Positions 42,558-54,527 of a stretch of 64,000 bases of DNA are shown in pieces. This stretch comes from Eledone cirrhosa. Lineage: Eukaryota. Under the pieces are notes generated by a model. That model was given only the letters and a program-made list of their open reading frames with translations. It made no database searches and was not told the origin of the DNA. Each line of letters begins with the position of its first letter. The stretch's first letter is position 1. The position numbers and the translations under genes were made by a program. The stretch spans positions 12,462,001-12,526,000 of the forward strand of contig OZ024761.1 in assembly GCA_964016885.1 (NCBI GenBank), in the 5' to 3' direction.

Positions 42558-42888
42558 GAGGCACATGGCTTAGTGGTTAGAGCATTGGCCTTGTAATCGA
42601 AAGGTTGTGAGTTCAATTCTCGGACCGGGTGATGTGTTGTTTCCTTGAGCAAGACACTTTATTTCACATTGCTCCAGTTTACTCAGCTGTAGAAATGAGA
42701 TGATAGGGACTGGGGTCCATATCATTCCACTGCAAAGTGGTCGTGGAGGTGCCACGGCAAAAAATCACCCAGCACTCACTGTAAATGAGGTTGGTGTTAG
42801 GAAGGGCATCCAGCTGTAGAAATCAAGCCAGAATCAGTTCCCGTCCCACCCTTGCAAGCAGGGAAAAGCGGACGTATGATGATGATGA
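42558..42888 (+). mobile_element. SINE family 2 copy
   Basis: Near-identical to 12129-12473. Confidence 0.9.
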
Positions 42889-42999
42889 TATAAAATAAGA
42901 ATTTTAGGGATTGTAAGGTCCAGTTACTGTAGGTTCACCAGTGTGAGTACTCGATGCGTAGTTTCCAGTAAGTATAGAGGTGTAGAACTAAGCAGAGTG

Positions 43000-43186
43000 T
43001 AATAATAATTGTTTCTACTTTTGGCACAAGGCCAGAAATTACCCCAGTGCATTACTGGTACTTTATTTTATCGACCTCGTAAGGATGAAAGGCAAAGTTA
43101 ACCTCGATGGGATTTGAACTCAGACCGTAAAAGGACGTAACTATGATGGAAAGCATGGCATCCGACCCTCTACCAACACTGCCAAT
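43000..43186 (-). mobile_element. SINE family 1 copy
   Basis: Reverse complement of the 46718 copy. Confidence 0.85.
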
Positions 43187-43629
43187 AATAATAAAAAGGA
43201 TGATTTGTTATGTCTTCATTACGTTTATTGAGTAGTGACACGTGTTTCACTGTTGATCAGCTCAAGGTTCAATCTGTATTGATCTAGCCTGACTCTGGAA
43301 TCTGGACTCGAGTCTCTAAACATTTGTTGTTGTGTTTTTGTTCTTGATTTTTTAAAAATCCCTACATGTTTCACAACTCCATGTTAATTATTTGGTTTTC
43401 TAAATAAATAAAAGACCTTTCTGTGCCTACAGACAGACAAACAGACAGGCAGGCAGGCAGGCAGGCAGACAGACAGGCAGACAGACAGACAGACAGACAA
43501 ACTGACAAACAGACAGGCAGACAAGAAAGCCCTTACAAACAACTAGCTATGTAGACACCACTTCCTCTTTCCATTGCTCCCTCCCATACCATCCTAGAAT
43601 TTTGCCATAATATCTCTGTTCCCTCCAAT

Positions 43630-44125
43630 AAGGTTTGCTTTGGAACAAGTTAACCTCTCGAGTGTTGGGAGGTGCTTTGGAATAAGTTAACCTCTCGAGT
43701 GTTGGAGGCTTGCTTTGGAACAAACCAATCTCTCTAGTGTTGGAGGCTTGCTTTGGAATAAGCTAGCCTCTCTAGTGGTGGAGGCTTGCTTTGGAATAAG
43801 CTAGCCTCTCTAGTGTCAGAGGCTTTCTTGGAACAAGTTCACCTCTCTAGTGTTGGGAGGTGCTTTGGAATAAGCTAGCCTCTCTAGTGTTGGAGGCTTG
43901 CTTTGGAACAAGTTCACCTCTCTAGTGTTGGAGGCTTGCTTTGGAATAAGTTCACCTCTCTAGTGTCGGAGGCTTGCTTTGGAACAAGTTCACCTCTCTA
44001 GTGTTGGGAGGTGCTTTGGAAGAAGTTAACCTCTCTAATGTTGGGGGGTGCTTTGGGACAAACTAACATCTCCAGTGTTGGAGGCTTTCTTTGGAATAAG
44101 TTAACCTCTCTAGTGTTGGAGGCTA
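43630..44125. repeat. 38/39-bp tandem repeat (~13 copies)
   Basis: Unit GGAGGCTTGCTTTGGAATAAGTTCACCTCTCTAGTGTT. Confidence 0.9.
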
Positions 44126-44371
44126 TGTAAAAAAGCACTTGGTACCCTCCATTAAGTGGTTGGTATCTCGACAGTAATATAAGACAGAGAGGAGTGATCA
44201 GTGACATGAAGGACCTAACAAGCTCCCCTGTTTGTGCTATGGCACCCAATACATTCTGGAGGGTGGTTGATATTAGGAAGGGCATTCAGCTGTAGGACCC
44301 ATGCTAGAAGAATAGAGAAGACTCTCCAGAGGACATGACAACCTTTCTGTGTAGGTGAGAGAATTCAAGAG

Positions 44372-44405
<34 letters not shown>

Positions 44406-45442
44406 TGCTTTTTTAATAAACCTGTGTGTGTATGCATGAGAGGAAGAGCTTGTGTGTATGTGTGTGTCCATATGTATGTACAAGAGAGAGAATTTGTGTA
44501 TGTGTCCATGTACATGTACAATATAGAGAGAATGTGTGTGTGTGTGTCTAGATGTATGCATAAGAGAGATAATTTGTGTGTATGTGTGTGTGTCTAGATG
44601 TATGCATAAGAGAGATAATTTGTGTGTATGTATATGTGCATGTAAGAATATTTATAATATTTGACATCTCATTAAAAATGAAACCACTACTGACCACCAC
44701 TGCCCAAAATAACTCTGGAGTGGAGTTTAGTTTATTTATTTAGTTTAGGTGTTTAAAATTACCAGAACTTCCTTCTTGACAAACTCTTCGCCACCACCAC
44801 CACCTCCATCACTTGTCACACCACCACCACCACCACCACCACTATCACACCACCACCACCACCACCACCTCCACCATCACTTCTGTCACACCACCACCAC
44901 CATAACTTCTGTCACACCACCACTTCTGTCACACCACCACCACCATCACTTCTGTCACACCACCACCACCACCTGCACCATCACGTCTGTCACACCACCA
45001 CCTCCACCATCACTTGTCACACCACCACCACCACCTCCACCAATACCACCACCAACACCACCACTTCCACCATCACTTCTGTCACACTACCACCACTACC
45101 ACCACCACATCACCACCACATCACCACCTCCACCACCACACCACCACCACCATTATCAATGTCCACTGACAGCTCACCAACAATCCCCACATTTCCCAAG
45201 TTAGGAGACAAAACTAATTAACTGAAAAAAAAGGGAGGGAGGGAGCAATGCCAGCAATTCTACTTACCCCCTCTGCACTGGAACACCACAAACACCTTAA
45301 CACACACACACACACACATCCTCCTTCATACACATACACACACACACTCACACACATCCACCTTCATACACACACACACACACACACCCACCTTCATACA
45401 CATACACACACACACACTCACACACATCCGCCTTCACACACA

Positions 45443-45477
<35 letters not shown>

Positions 45478-45727
45478 TCATACACACACGCACACACACA
45501 CACACACATCTACCTTCGTACACATACACATGTACACATACATACATGCACTATAGCAGTGCAAATGGGTTTTAGAAAGCAGAGGTACTGATTTACTGAT
45601 TCTATTAAAAAAAAATGTGCCTATGTGAACCATACCAGTAAGTACCATACCAGTAGGTACCATACCAGTGTGTACCATACCAGTAGGTACCATACCAATA
45701 GGTACTACACCAGTGTGTACCATACGG

Positions 45728-46108
45728 TCATCATCATCATTTTACATCCTCTTTTCACTGCTTGCAAGGGTGGGATGGGTCCTATTCATCATCTCTCCAT
45801 TTGACATGGTCCTTTGTCATCTACTCTGTGAGCTTCAGCGATCTGAGGTCTGCTCTCACCACCTCTGCCCATGTTTTTCGTGGTCTTCCTCTACTGCATC
45901 TTCCTTCTACTGGCATTTCTTGGCACTTCTTTACCCAGCGGTCATCCTCCATGCGCACCACATGTCCATACCATCGCAGTCTTCTCTCCCGCACACTACA
46001 GCCTATCCCTCTTATAGAAAGTTTCTCCCTCAACACATCCATTCTTGGTCGTTCACACACATTGACATTGCACATCCAACAGAGCATGCTTCCTTCATTT
46101 CTCTCCAG
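45728..46108 (-). mobile_element. RTE family B 3' fragment
   Basis: RERRLRWYGHVVRMEDDRWVKKC..RGRPRKTW; homologous to 49040-49430. Confidence 0.9.
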
Positions 46109-46242
46109 TAGGTACTACACCAGTGTGTAACTATTTTTAAAAAGAATATCACTAGGCACTTGTTTTAGAACCATATGTCAGTAGATACCTATTTTAAAGA
46201 CATACACCTACTTCTGAGTTGTATGCCATCCATTATTTATTT

Positions 46243-46650
46243 TTAACCCTTTAGCATTTACATTACTCAATATTTACTATCATATTTTCATGGTAAATCT
46301 TTTACCTCACATAATTATCTCACATAATATCAAATCTATGAGATTCTGATATTTAATTTGAGAACAATACCTTAACATTAGTATGAGTTACCGGTTATAA
46401 CGAGTTTGAACAGAAAGAGGTGAGAGAATTCTGGCCGGGTACAGCTGGTTTAACCCTTTAGTATATACAATACTTTATATATACTATTGTATTTTCATGG
46501 AAAAGTCTTATCTCACATAATATCAAATCTATGAGATTTTGATATTTATTTTGAGAAGAATACCTAAACATTAATATCATAACCGGTTTGAACAGAAAGA
46601 GGTAAGAGAATTCTGGCCGGATATAGCCGGTTTAAGTGCTAAAGGATTAA
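46243..46650 (-). mobile_element. Tandem pair of piggyBac-like MITEs joined at a TTAA; a further fragment at 47025-47112
   Basis: TTAACCCTTTAG at 46243 and 46450, ending GCTAAAGGATTAA. Confidence 0.8.
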
Positions 46651-46717
46651 ATATCTTTTTCAGTATCAGGACATTGATGAAAGTAATCCAGCTATGAACC
46701 TGGCATCTGTTATTGAA

Positions 46718-46905
46718 TGTGGATTGGCAGTATCGGTAGAGGGTCGGACGCCATGCTTTCTAGCATAGTTACGCCCCTTTACGATCTGAGTTCAAATCCC
46801 GCCGAGGTTAACTTTGCCTTTCATCCTTACGGGGTCGATAAAATAAAGTACCAGTAATGCACTGGGGTGTTTGCTGGCCTTGTGCCTAAAGTAGAAACAA
46901 TTATT
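46718..46905 (+). mobile_element. SINE family 1, full copy
   Basis: A box TGGCAGTATCGG, B box GAGTTCAAATC, Meta-like domain, ATT tail. Confidence 0.85.
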
Positions 46906-47294
46906 GAATATTCAACTGTATAGCCTAATGTGCTATAGGCTGTAATTTGAGGGAGATTTGGATGCTATTTCTAACATTTCATGTACCCATGTAGATGCTT
47001 CTACACTGACTCTTTATTTTTACATATGAGTGACCAGTTACGGCCGGTTTAAACAGAAACAGGTGAGAGAATCCTGGCTAGATATGGCCAGTTTAAATGC
47101 TTAAAGGTTAAACCATCTGTAGTGAGGTTATGGTGTGACTTCATTGTGGCTGAGTTCACCTCAAGAATTATCGAGTTTATGTCCAATCCAATAAGGGTGA
47201 CTCTGCAGTTGTTGATATATAAATAAATATAAAATGTGTGTATTTGCTCTGGGATAATTGCTGGCCTTGTGCCAAAAGTAGAAACAATAATATA

Positions 47295-47945
47295 TCTCTA
47301 TATATAAAACTGACGATGTGTGTGTGTGTGTGTGTGTGTATGTGTGTGTGTATGTGTCTCTGAGTTTCAATCCCTAAAACTCGAGAAGTATCCAACCGGT
47401 TTTTTTCAAACTTTACATGTGTATTCTTTATGTTCAGGGAGTGTTATGCACATAAAAAAAATTCTACTTTTTGATCCCCTGGGAGAAAAACTGCGGTTTT
47501 TCAGCTTTTTAGGGGGTTTTTGAGGCATTACGTCAGACCGATTTCCTTGAAATTGTAATTATGTATTAGCCAGTCTCTTCTTCATACCGTGAGCAAAGAA
47601 AATCCAACTTTTTTCTGGCCTAGGTAAAAAATTTCATTAGGTGTAAAACTTCATTTTTTCAGCTTTTTAGGGCTTTTTTGATTCGTTACGTCTAGCCGAT
47701 TTTCCCAAAATTTCAAGGCATATTATGCAACATAAAAAAAAATTATTTTCTTGATCCCCTAGGGCCCGCATTAGGTGAAAACCTGCATTTTTCCTGCTTC
47801 ATCGAGGAAAATCTTAAAGATTATCCAGTCATCAGAGTATTCAGTTTATTTTCTTTACATATTGTCCAGGCATGCAGTTTTTCTACGATTAGGTCACGTG
47901 TTCCAAAATACCTTATCCCGTGCAACGCCGGGTACCACTGTTAGT
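47295..47945 (-). mobile_element. Non-autonomous Helitron/Helentron-like element
   Basis: Reverse-complement homolog of 27823-28420. Confidence 0.65.
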
Positions 47946-48046
47946 ATTATATATATATATATGTGTATGTGTGTGTTGTGTGTGTGTGTCTGTCTGTGCC
48001 GATATGTTTGCACTAAGGTATGTCAATATCTTAACACCAAGTATTA

Positions 48047-48106
48047 TATTTTATCTGATGAAAGCACACTAATATTTTGTGTCCTTGAAATACATATAAT
48101 AAAATA
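48047..48106 (+). ncRNA. Minimal type I hammerhead motif (same family as 27247)
   Basis: TATTTTAT-CTGATGA-AAGCACAC..GTGTCCTT-GAAA-TACATA-TA-ATAAAATA. Confidence 0.75.
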
Positions 48107-48210
48107 AATATGGTATTATAAAGATATTTTCCATTTATTAATATATTATATATATATATATTAATATTAATTCAAAATATTAATAAAATAGATATTCTTG
48201 TGATCATGTA

Positions 48211-48277
48211 TATTTTATTATACATATTTCAGAGGTACTGAGTTAACTTCAACAGTACGTCCTCATCAGATAAAATA
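48211..48277 (-). ncRNA. Minimal type I hammerhead motif (same stem I, different stem II)
   Basis: Minus strand TATTTTAT-CTGATGA-GGACGTACTGTTGAAGTTAACTCAGTACCTCT-GAAA-TATGTA-TA-ATAAAATA. Confidence 0.7.
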
Positions 48278-48637
48278 AGATGATGCATGACATGGGAGAT
48301 GGTTAAGATTCTGTCATGGTAGTGAGTAATATATGACAAAACTCAATATTTATATACCTTAATATTGAAACATGGAAAAAAAACCTACATATAATACATA
48401 CAATAGAGAGGGTGTGTGTGAGACAGCTTAAAGAATATATAGCAGCAATATATTGTAAAACTCATTCTTTGATTTATTCATTGAACCTTGTTTAACCTTT
48501 AAATATATATATATGTATATATATAAATTACACACATTTTATATACATTTTTGAATATATATTTTTTATTATATATTTTTTGTATTGAGGACTTTCCCTT
48601 TGATTTGTTTACTTAAATGTGTGTATATATATATATA

Positions 48638-49431
48638 AAATGCACACAATGCAGATCCTGGGTACACAAGAGATGTAGCGGGATAGCAGGCAAACTAACA
48701 GGTAGGGAGAAATATGTATGCAGTAGATGTAAAGGGAAATTAGACAGTAGAAGTCGCACTGATAGACACATTTTTCAAATGCAAGAGGGCGCTATAGAAG
48801 TGGTGGATAGCTTCCGGTACCTAGGAGATCAGATTAGCATGGGAGGAGGGTGTTCCGAGGCCATTATATCTAGAATAAGGACGGGTTGGAAGAAGTTTAG
48901 GGAGCTGCTTCCTCTGTTGACGAAGAAGGGTTTCTCCCTGCGTACGAAAGGCTGGTTGTATGACGCCTGTGTGAGGAGCGCGATGCTGCATGGTAGCGAG
49001 ACATGGGCAGCAACTGCAGAGGATATGCGACGGCTGGAGAGAAATGAGGCAAGCATGCTCTGTTGGATGTGCAGTGTAAATGTGCGTGAACGACCCAGCA
49101 TAAATGTGTTGAGAGAGAAAGTGTGTCTGAGAAGGATAGAATGTAGTGTATAGGAGAGGAGACTGAGATGGTATGAACATGTGATGCGCATGGAGGATGA
49201 CCGATGGGTGAAGAAGTGCCAGGAAATGCCAGTTGAAGGAAGACGTGGTAGAGATAGACCACGAAAAACATGGACGGAGATGGTGAGAGCAAACCTCAGA
49301 TCACTGAAGCTCACGGTGGAGATGACGAAGGATCGTGACAAGTGGAGAGATGCTGTGCTGAATAAGACCCGTCCCACCCTTGCAAGCAGGGAAAAGCGGA
49401 CGTATGATGATGATGATGATGATGATGATGA
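48638..49431 (+). mobile_element. RTE family B 5'-truncated LINE
   Basis: CTQCRSWVHKRC..VDSFRYLG..MLHGSETW..RPRKTW with one in-frame stop, a (GAT)n tail and a ~105-bp flanking duplication. Confidence 0.9.
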
Positions 49432-49529
49432 TATACACATTTTATATACATTTTTTTAATATATATTTTATATTATATATTTTTTGTATTGAGGACTTTC
49501 CCTTTGATTTGTTTACTTAAATGTGTGTG

Positions 49530-49567
<38 letters not shown>

Positions 49568-49568
49568 T

Positions 49569-49601
<33 letters not shown>

Positions 49602-49692
49602 CACACACACAATCAGGTTGAGGGCAATCAGTAAAAGAGCAATGTATTGCTCCAGTTGTTACCAATTCAACACACACATGTATGTATGATGT

Positions 49693-52357
49693 ATCATCAT
49701 CACCGTTTTACGTCCGTTCTTCCACGCTAGCATGGGTTAGACGGGTTGTCCTGTTGTGGGCAGTGTCTGGTCGGCTGACCATGCCTTGCTCATACAGGAA
49801 CTGATCTGGCTTGATTTCTACAGCTGGATGCCCTTCCTAACACCAACCTCATTTACAGTGAGTGCTGGGTGCTTTTTCGTGGCGCCTACACGTCCACTTT
49901 ACAGTGTGGGCTGGGTGCTTTTTTGCCGTGGCACCTCCACGACCACCTTGCGGTGGGGGGGGGGGGGGGCATATTGTCTATATGCTTCAGCATGTACCTA
50001 TGGGAGGTCGGGTACCCTGTATTACTGCGTGACGCCAGAAGTCACGGTCGTGTGTCATTGACTTTGAGAGGTGTAGTTGGGTAAGGTCGGCTTTTATCAC
50101 CTCATCCCAAGTCATCTTGGGTCTCCCCACTCCGCGGTTTCCATCAACTTCTAGTGCTCTGCACCTTTTTATGCAGCTGTCATCCTTCATACGCATCACA
50201 TGTCCATACCAGCGTAACCGCCTCTCCTGCACGCAGCATTTGATTCCTCTTATGCTCAGTCTCTCTCTCAATTCATTTATGCTTTGTCGTTCACGTATAT
50301 TACTGTTACACATCCATCGGAGCATGCAGGCTTCGTTTCTCTCTAATCTACGTAAGTCTTCCACCTTCAGCGCCCAGGTCTCACTACCATGCAACATCGC
50401 TGTTCGGATACACGCATCATACAGTCTGCCTTTCATTCTGAGGGAGAAGTCTTTTGCAGCTAGCAGTGGTAGTAGTTCCCTAAACTTCTTCCATCCCGTT
50501 CTTACCCTAGTTATTGTACTTTCTGAGCACCCACCTCCGTTGCTAATTCGGTCACCTAGGTAGCAGAAGCTGTCTACTGTTTCTACAGGGCCCTCCCAGA
50601 GATTGGTGGTACTTGTTTCCTGTGGCTGTTTGCTTGCTGTTTCAGCACAGCTGCTGCATGTGAATCCTACATTCTTAATTAAGCTTCCTGAGATCCCGCT
50701 ACATCTCTTGTGTACCCATTGTTTGCATTTGGGGCAAAGAATGGAGTTCCTACCTACACCTTTCCTACATACTGAGCAAGGCCATTTCCCTGAGGGGATC
50801 TGGGTTCTGTTTTCTCGTCTACTTATAAGGACCTTAGTCTTTGTCATGTTGACTTTGAGGCCCTTTCTCTCTAGTCCCTGCTTCCAGGTTTGGAATTTAT
50901 TCTCTAGTTCTACCATAGATTCAGCTATGAGTGCGAGGTCATCAGCATACAGGAGTTCCCATGGGCATCCGGTCTTAAACTCCTCCGTTATTGCCTGCAG
51001 GACTATGATGAACAGGAGAGGGCTAAGAACAGAGCCCTGGTGGACCCCAACCTGTACGCTAAATTCCTCGCTATACTCATTGCCAATCCTAACTTTGCTG
51101 ACTGCTCCCCTATACATGGCTTGTACCGCTTTCACAAGCCATTCATCTACTCCTAGTTTTCTAAGAGCCCACCAGATTACTGCACGTGGAACTCTGTCAA
51201 AGGCTTTCTCAAGGTCGACAAATGCCAAGTAGAGTGGCTTACTTTTAGCTAGGTACTTTTCCTGTAATTGCCTCACAAGGAAGAGCGCATCAGTGGTGCC
51301 TTTCCCTGGTACAAACCCAAATTGCATCTCGTCTATATTCACCCGGTCCCTAATCAGCTGTGCTATAACTCTTTCTGTTACTTTCATGACCTGGTCCATC
51401 AACTTTATACCTCTATAGTTTCCTCTATCTAGTGCATCGCCTTTACCTTTGTAGCAGTTGACAATGATGCTACTGCACCAATCTTTTGGTATGGCCCCCT
51501 CTAGTATTACCTGGTTAACGATACGTGTGGTTATAGTGTGACCTACAGACCCAGATGCCTTCAGCATCTCGGCAGCTATACCCGATGGACCGGTTGCCTT
51601 CCCTATCTTCATATCTCTGATTGCCTTACTTACTACGCTGCCGCTGACTTGTACTGCTGGTCCCTCTATAGGGTCTACGTGGGGTAGGGTCTCTTCTTCC
51701 CATGCATTCTCCTCATTTAGTAATCTATCATAATGACTCTTCCATGCATCTTTCTTCTCAGCACTTGTGAGGGCAAGCTCACCTTTATCATTCCGGATAC
51801 ACTTCTCTCCAATGACATCACAACTATCTCTGACACACTGCCTCGCAATCTTGAATACCTCCTGTTTCTGGTCCTCACGTTGTAAAACATGCTTGAATTT
51901 TCTATCCTCTGCTTCCCTCCTAGCTAAGTATACTTGTCGCCTAGCTTCCCTCTTGGTCTCTATGTAATGTACCCTGCTCCCCCCGTTCTTCCATTCTTTC
52001 CATGCCTGTCTCTTGGCCTTGACTGCTTCATCTACCTTATTGTTCCACCACCAAGTCACTCTCCTCCTGCTTGAGGTCTTACTCCAGCCACAAACCTCAT
52101 CCGTCGCCTCTAGTAAGTTATTTTTTAGGAACTCCCAGTTCTCTTCTACGTTAAATGTCTCTATCTGTTCTTCTTTACTGTCGTAGGCGTTGAGTAAAAT
52201 ATCTTTAAATCTGTTACTGGTTGAGGGGACTTTCAGCTTCCAGATCTTTCTTCTCCAGGTTGGCCTCTGTTTCAGGGCTCGTCTAGTTCTGACCGTGAGG
52301 TCGCTGACAACTAAGCTATGTTGGGATGTACATTCCTCACTAGGGAAGGCTTTTGTG
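49693..52357 (-). mobile_element. RTE family A LINE, 5'-truncated at the end of the APE domain
   Basis: Uninterrupted RT ORF, 3' UTR and (GAT)n tail. Confidence 0.95.
49987..52357 (-). CDS. RTE reverse transcriptase (partial ORF, no native start) with a PHD-like finger
   Basis: Motifs NYRGIKL, QFGF, FVDLEKAFD, GVHQGSVLSP, LYADD, YLG and RRLRWYGH. The first ~25 aa of the 814-aa track ORF come from the flanking TA tract and family H DNA. Confidence 0.9.
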
Positions 52358-52376
52358 TTTATATATATATATATAT

Positions 52377-52548
52377 AACAAAGGGGGTGTGGTAAGGAAC
52401 CAGATGGACCATAATGCACCAGAGTACTCAATACTTAGGGTAGTAGAGTGGGTAATAGGAAAATGTTTAACCCCGACGGCAGAGCTCAAGACCAGAAATA
52501 GCCGTCGAAACGGCTTGAGCTCTGCCGTTGGGGTTAAACATTTTCCTA
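52377..52548. mobile_element. Family H copy D (fold-back, variant subfamily)
   Basis: Inverted arms TAGGAAAATGTTTAACCCCGACGGCAGAGCTCAAG / CTTGAGCTCTGCCGTTGGGGTTAAACATTTTCCTA. Confidence 0.8.
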
Positions 52549-52660
52549 TATATATATTTATATATATATATATATATATCATCATCATCATCATCACCGT
52601 TTTACGTCCATTCTTCCACGCTATATATATTTTGATTATCAATATTAGTATTATTGGGCA

Positions 52661-52787
52661 CCCACTGAAGAATTATAAGAGCCCACTTGAATAAGTATCT
52701 GTTGATCTTATACAAGCTCCTACATAAATTGGTATAATTTCACCCAAATTGTAGGAATCTTATAATGAAACGAGACGTCCGTCTGGG
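52661..52787 (+). ncRNA. Type I hammerhead ribozyme with an intact core and a branched stem II
   Basis: CCCA-CTGAAGA-ATTATAAGA-[two hairpins]-TCTTATAAT-GAAAC-GAGACGTCC-GTC-TGGG. Confidence 0.8.
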
Positions 52788-52882
52788 AAGAGATATATTC
52801 GATATGTCTCATATGAAATAATATAGCCAATTTTCCACACAATATAATTAGTTAGCACCCCGAACATTTAATTAGGAATATA

Positions 52883-53057
52883 CTCCCTATCATTCCACTG
52901 CAAAGTGGTCGTGGAGGTGCCACGGCAAAAAAGCACCCAGCACTCACTGTAAATGAGGTTGGTGTTAGGAAGGGCATCCAGCTGTAGAAATCAAGCCAGA
53001 ATCAGTTCCCGCAGGAAAAAGCGGACGTAAAATGAAATGATAAAATGATGATGATGA
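52883..53057 (+). mobile_element. SINE family 2, 5'-truncated
   Basis: 3' half only. Confidence 0.85.
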
Positions 53058-53149
53058 TTTCCTAATGTTTGTTGAGTGAGTTGGGATTTGGCCGGAGTAT
53101 CGCTAAAAGCTTTCTCCGATAATGTATTTATATATATATATATATATAT

Positions 53150-53649
53150 ATTTCGTTTCTGAATTTGTTTAGCAAGATTCTTTATCTGAAAACGTGTGTT
53201 GAAACCGATATTGTTATACTTTGGGAGGGTCATGTTGCCAATAAGAAACACACGCACCAGTTGCCTTCACTCCAATTTATTATAAATTAAATGTATAAAT
53301 TTAAGAATCTATAAATTTCCGGTTGGTTGGTTGGTTCCACAACCGGACGGTGGTTCAGATATTGTCAAAGTTCTTTCGTCACACATTCTGTGACCTCTTC
53401 AGTGACTGGGATTCTTTTCTTTGTTTTTGTGCCTCTCCTTTGTTCTGTCCTACGCCATCTTGTTTTTGTGTGTGTTGTGTGCCTAGTTTGCGCATGTGTT
53501 ACATCCGGGTGACAATACCTGAACAACCGTCCGGTTGTGGAACCAACCAACCGGAAATTTATAAATTCTTAAATTTAATTTATAATAAATTGGAGTGAAA
53601 GCAACTGGTGCGTGTGTTTCTTATTGGCAACATGACCCTCCCAAAGCAT

Positions 53650-53657
<8 letters not shown>
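53150..53657. mobile_element. TA-flanked fold-back element, arms 53208-53367 and 53510-53657
   Basis: ~150-bp inverted arms enclosing a hammerhead motif. Confidence 0.8.
53364..53406 (-). ncRNA. Minimal type I hammerhead motif
   Basis: Minus strand GTCA-CTGAAGA-G-GTCACA-GAATG-TGTGAC-GAAA-GAAC-TT-TGAC. Confidence 0.65.
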
Positions 53658-53683
<26 letters not shown>

Positions 53684-53685
<2 letters not shown>

Positions 53686-53829
53686 CGGAGGAAATGTGGT
53701 AAGGAACCAGGTGGACCATAACGCACCAAAGTACTCAATACTTGAGGTAGTAGAGTGGGTAATAGGAACAGTCCAGAATTAGCCGTCGAAACGGCTTGAG
53801 CTCAGCTGTCGGGGTCTTACTGGTTCCTA
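53684..53829. mobile_element. Family H copy E
   Basis: Family start, then an inverted arm beginning AGTCCAGAATTAGCCGTCGAAAC. Confidence 0.8.
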
Positions 53830-53999
53830 TATATATATATATATACATAGAGGGAGAGAGAGAGAGAGGGGGAGAGAGAGAAACATAAGCTGTAGTGTAA
53901 CAACAACAGCAGCAGGTGTTGAGGGGAGGGGCTGGATTCTATTTGTGACTTTCCTGATCTGTTTTATTCTCTCCAGAATTACTTGTTTTTTAGGGGGTT

Positions 54000-54420
54000 A
54001 TGGTGGTGGTGTTGGTGGTGGTGGTGTTGGTGGTGGTGGTAGTGGTGTTGGTGGTGGTGGTAGTGTTGGTGGTGGTAGTGGTGTTGGTGGTGGTGGTGTT
54101 GGTGGTGGTAGTGGTGGTGGTGGTGGTAGTGGTGGTGGTGTTGGTGATGGTGGTGGTGGTGGTGGTGGTGGTGATGGTGGTGGTGGTGGTGATGGTGGTG
54201 GTGATGGTGGTGGTGGTGGTGGTGTTGGTGGTGGTGTTGGTGGTGGTGGTGGTGGTAGTGGTGTTGGTGGTGGTGGTGGTAGTGGTGTTGGTGGTGGTGG
54301 TGGTGGTGTTGGTGGCGGTGTTGGTGGTGGCGGTGTTGGTGGTGGCGGTGGTGGTGGTGTTGGTGCTGGTGATAGTGTTGGTGGTGGTGTTGGTTGTATT
54401 GATGTTGATGCTGGCGTTGG
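54000..54420. repeat. (GGT)n-rich repeat
   Basis: Visible simple repeat. Confidence 0.9.
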
Positions 54421-54527
54421 TGTTTATGGTATATTATGTGAGGTAAAGCCTTTACTGTGTCACCATCACGACCACTTTACAGTGTGGACTGGGCACTTCA
54501 CTGGATCTATACTTTAGCCTGTACCCC

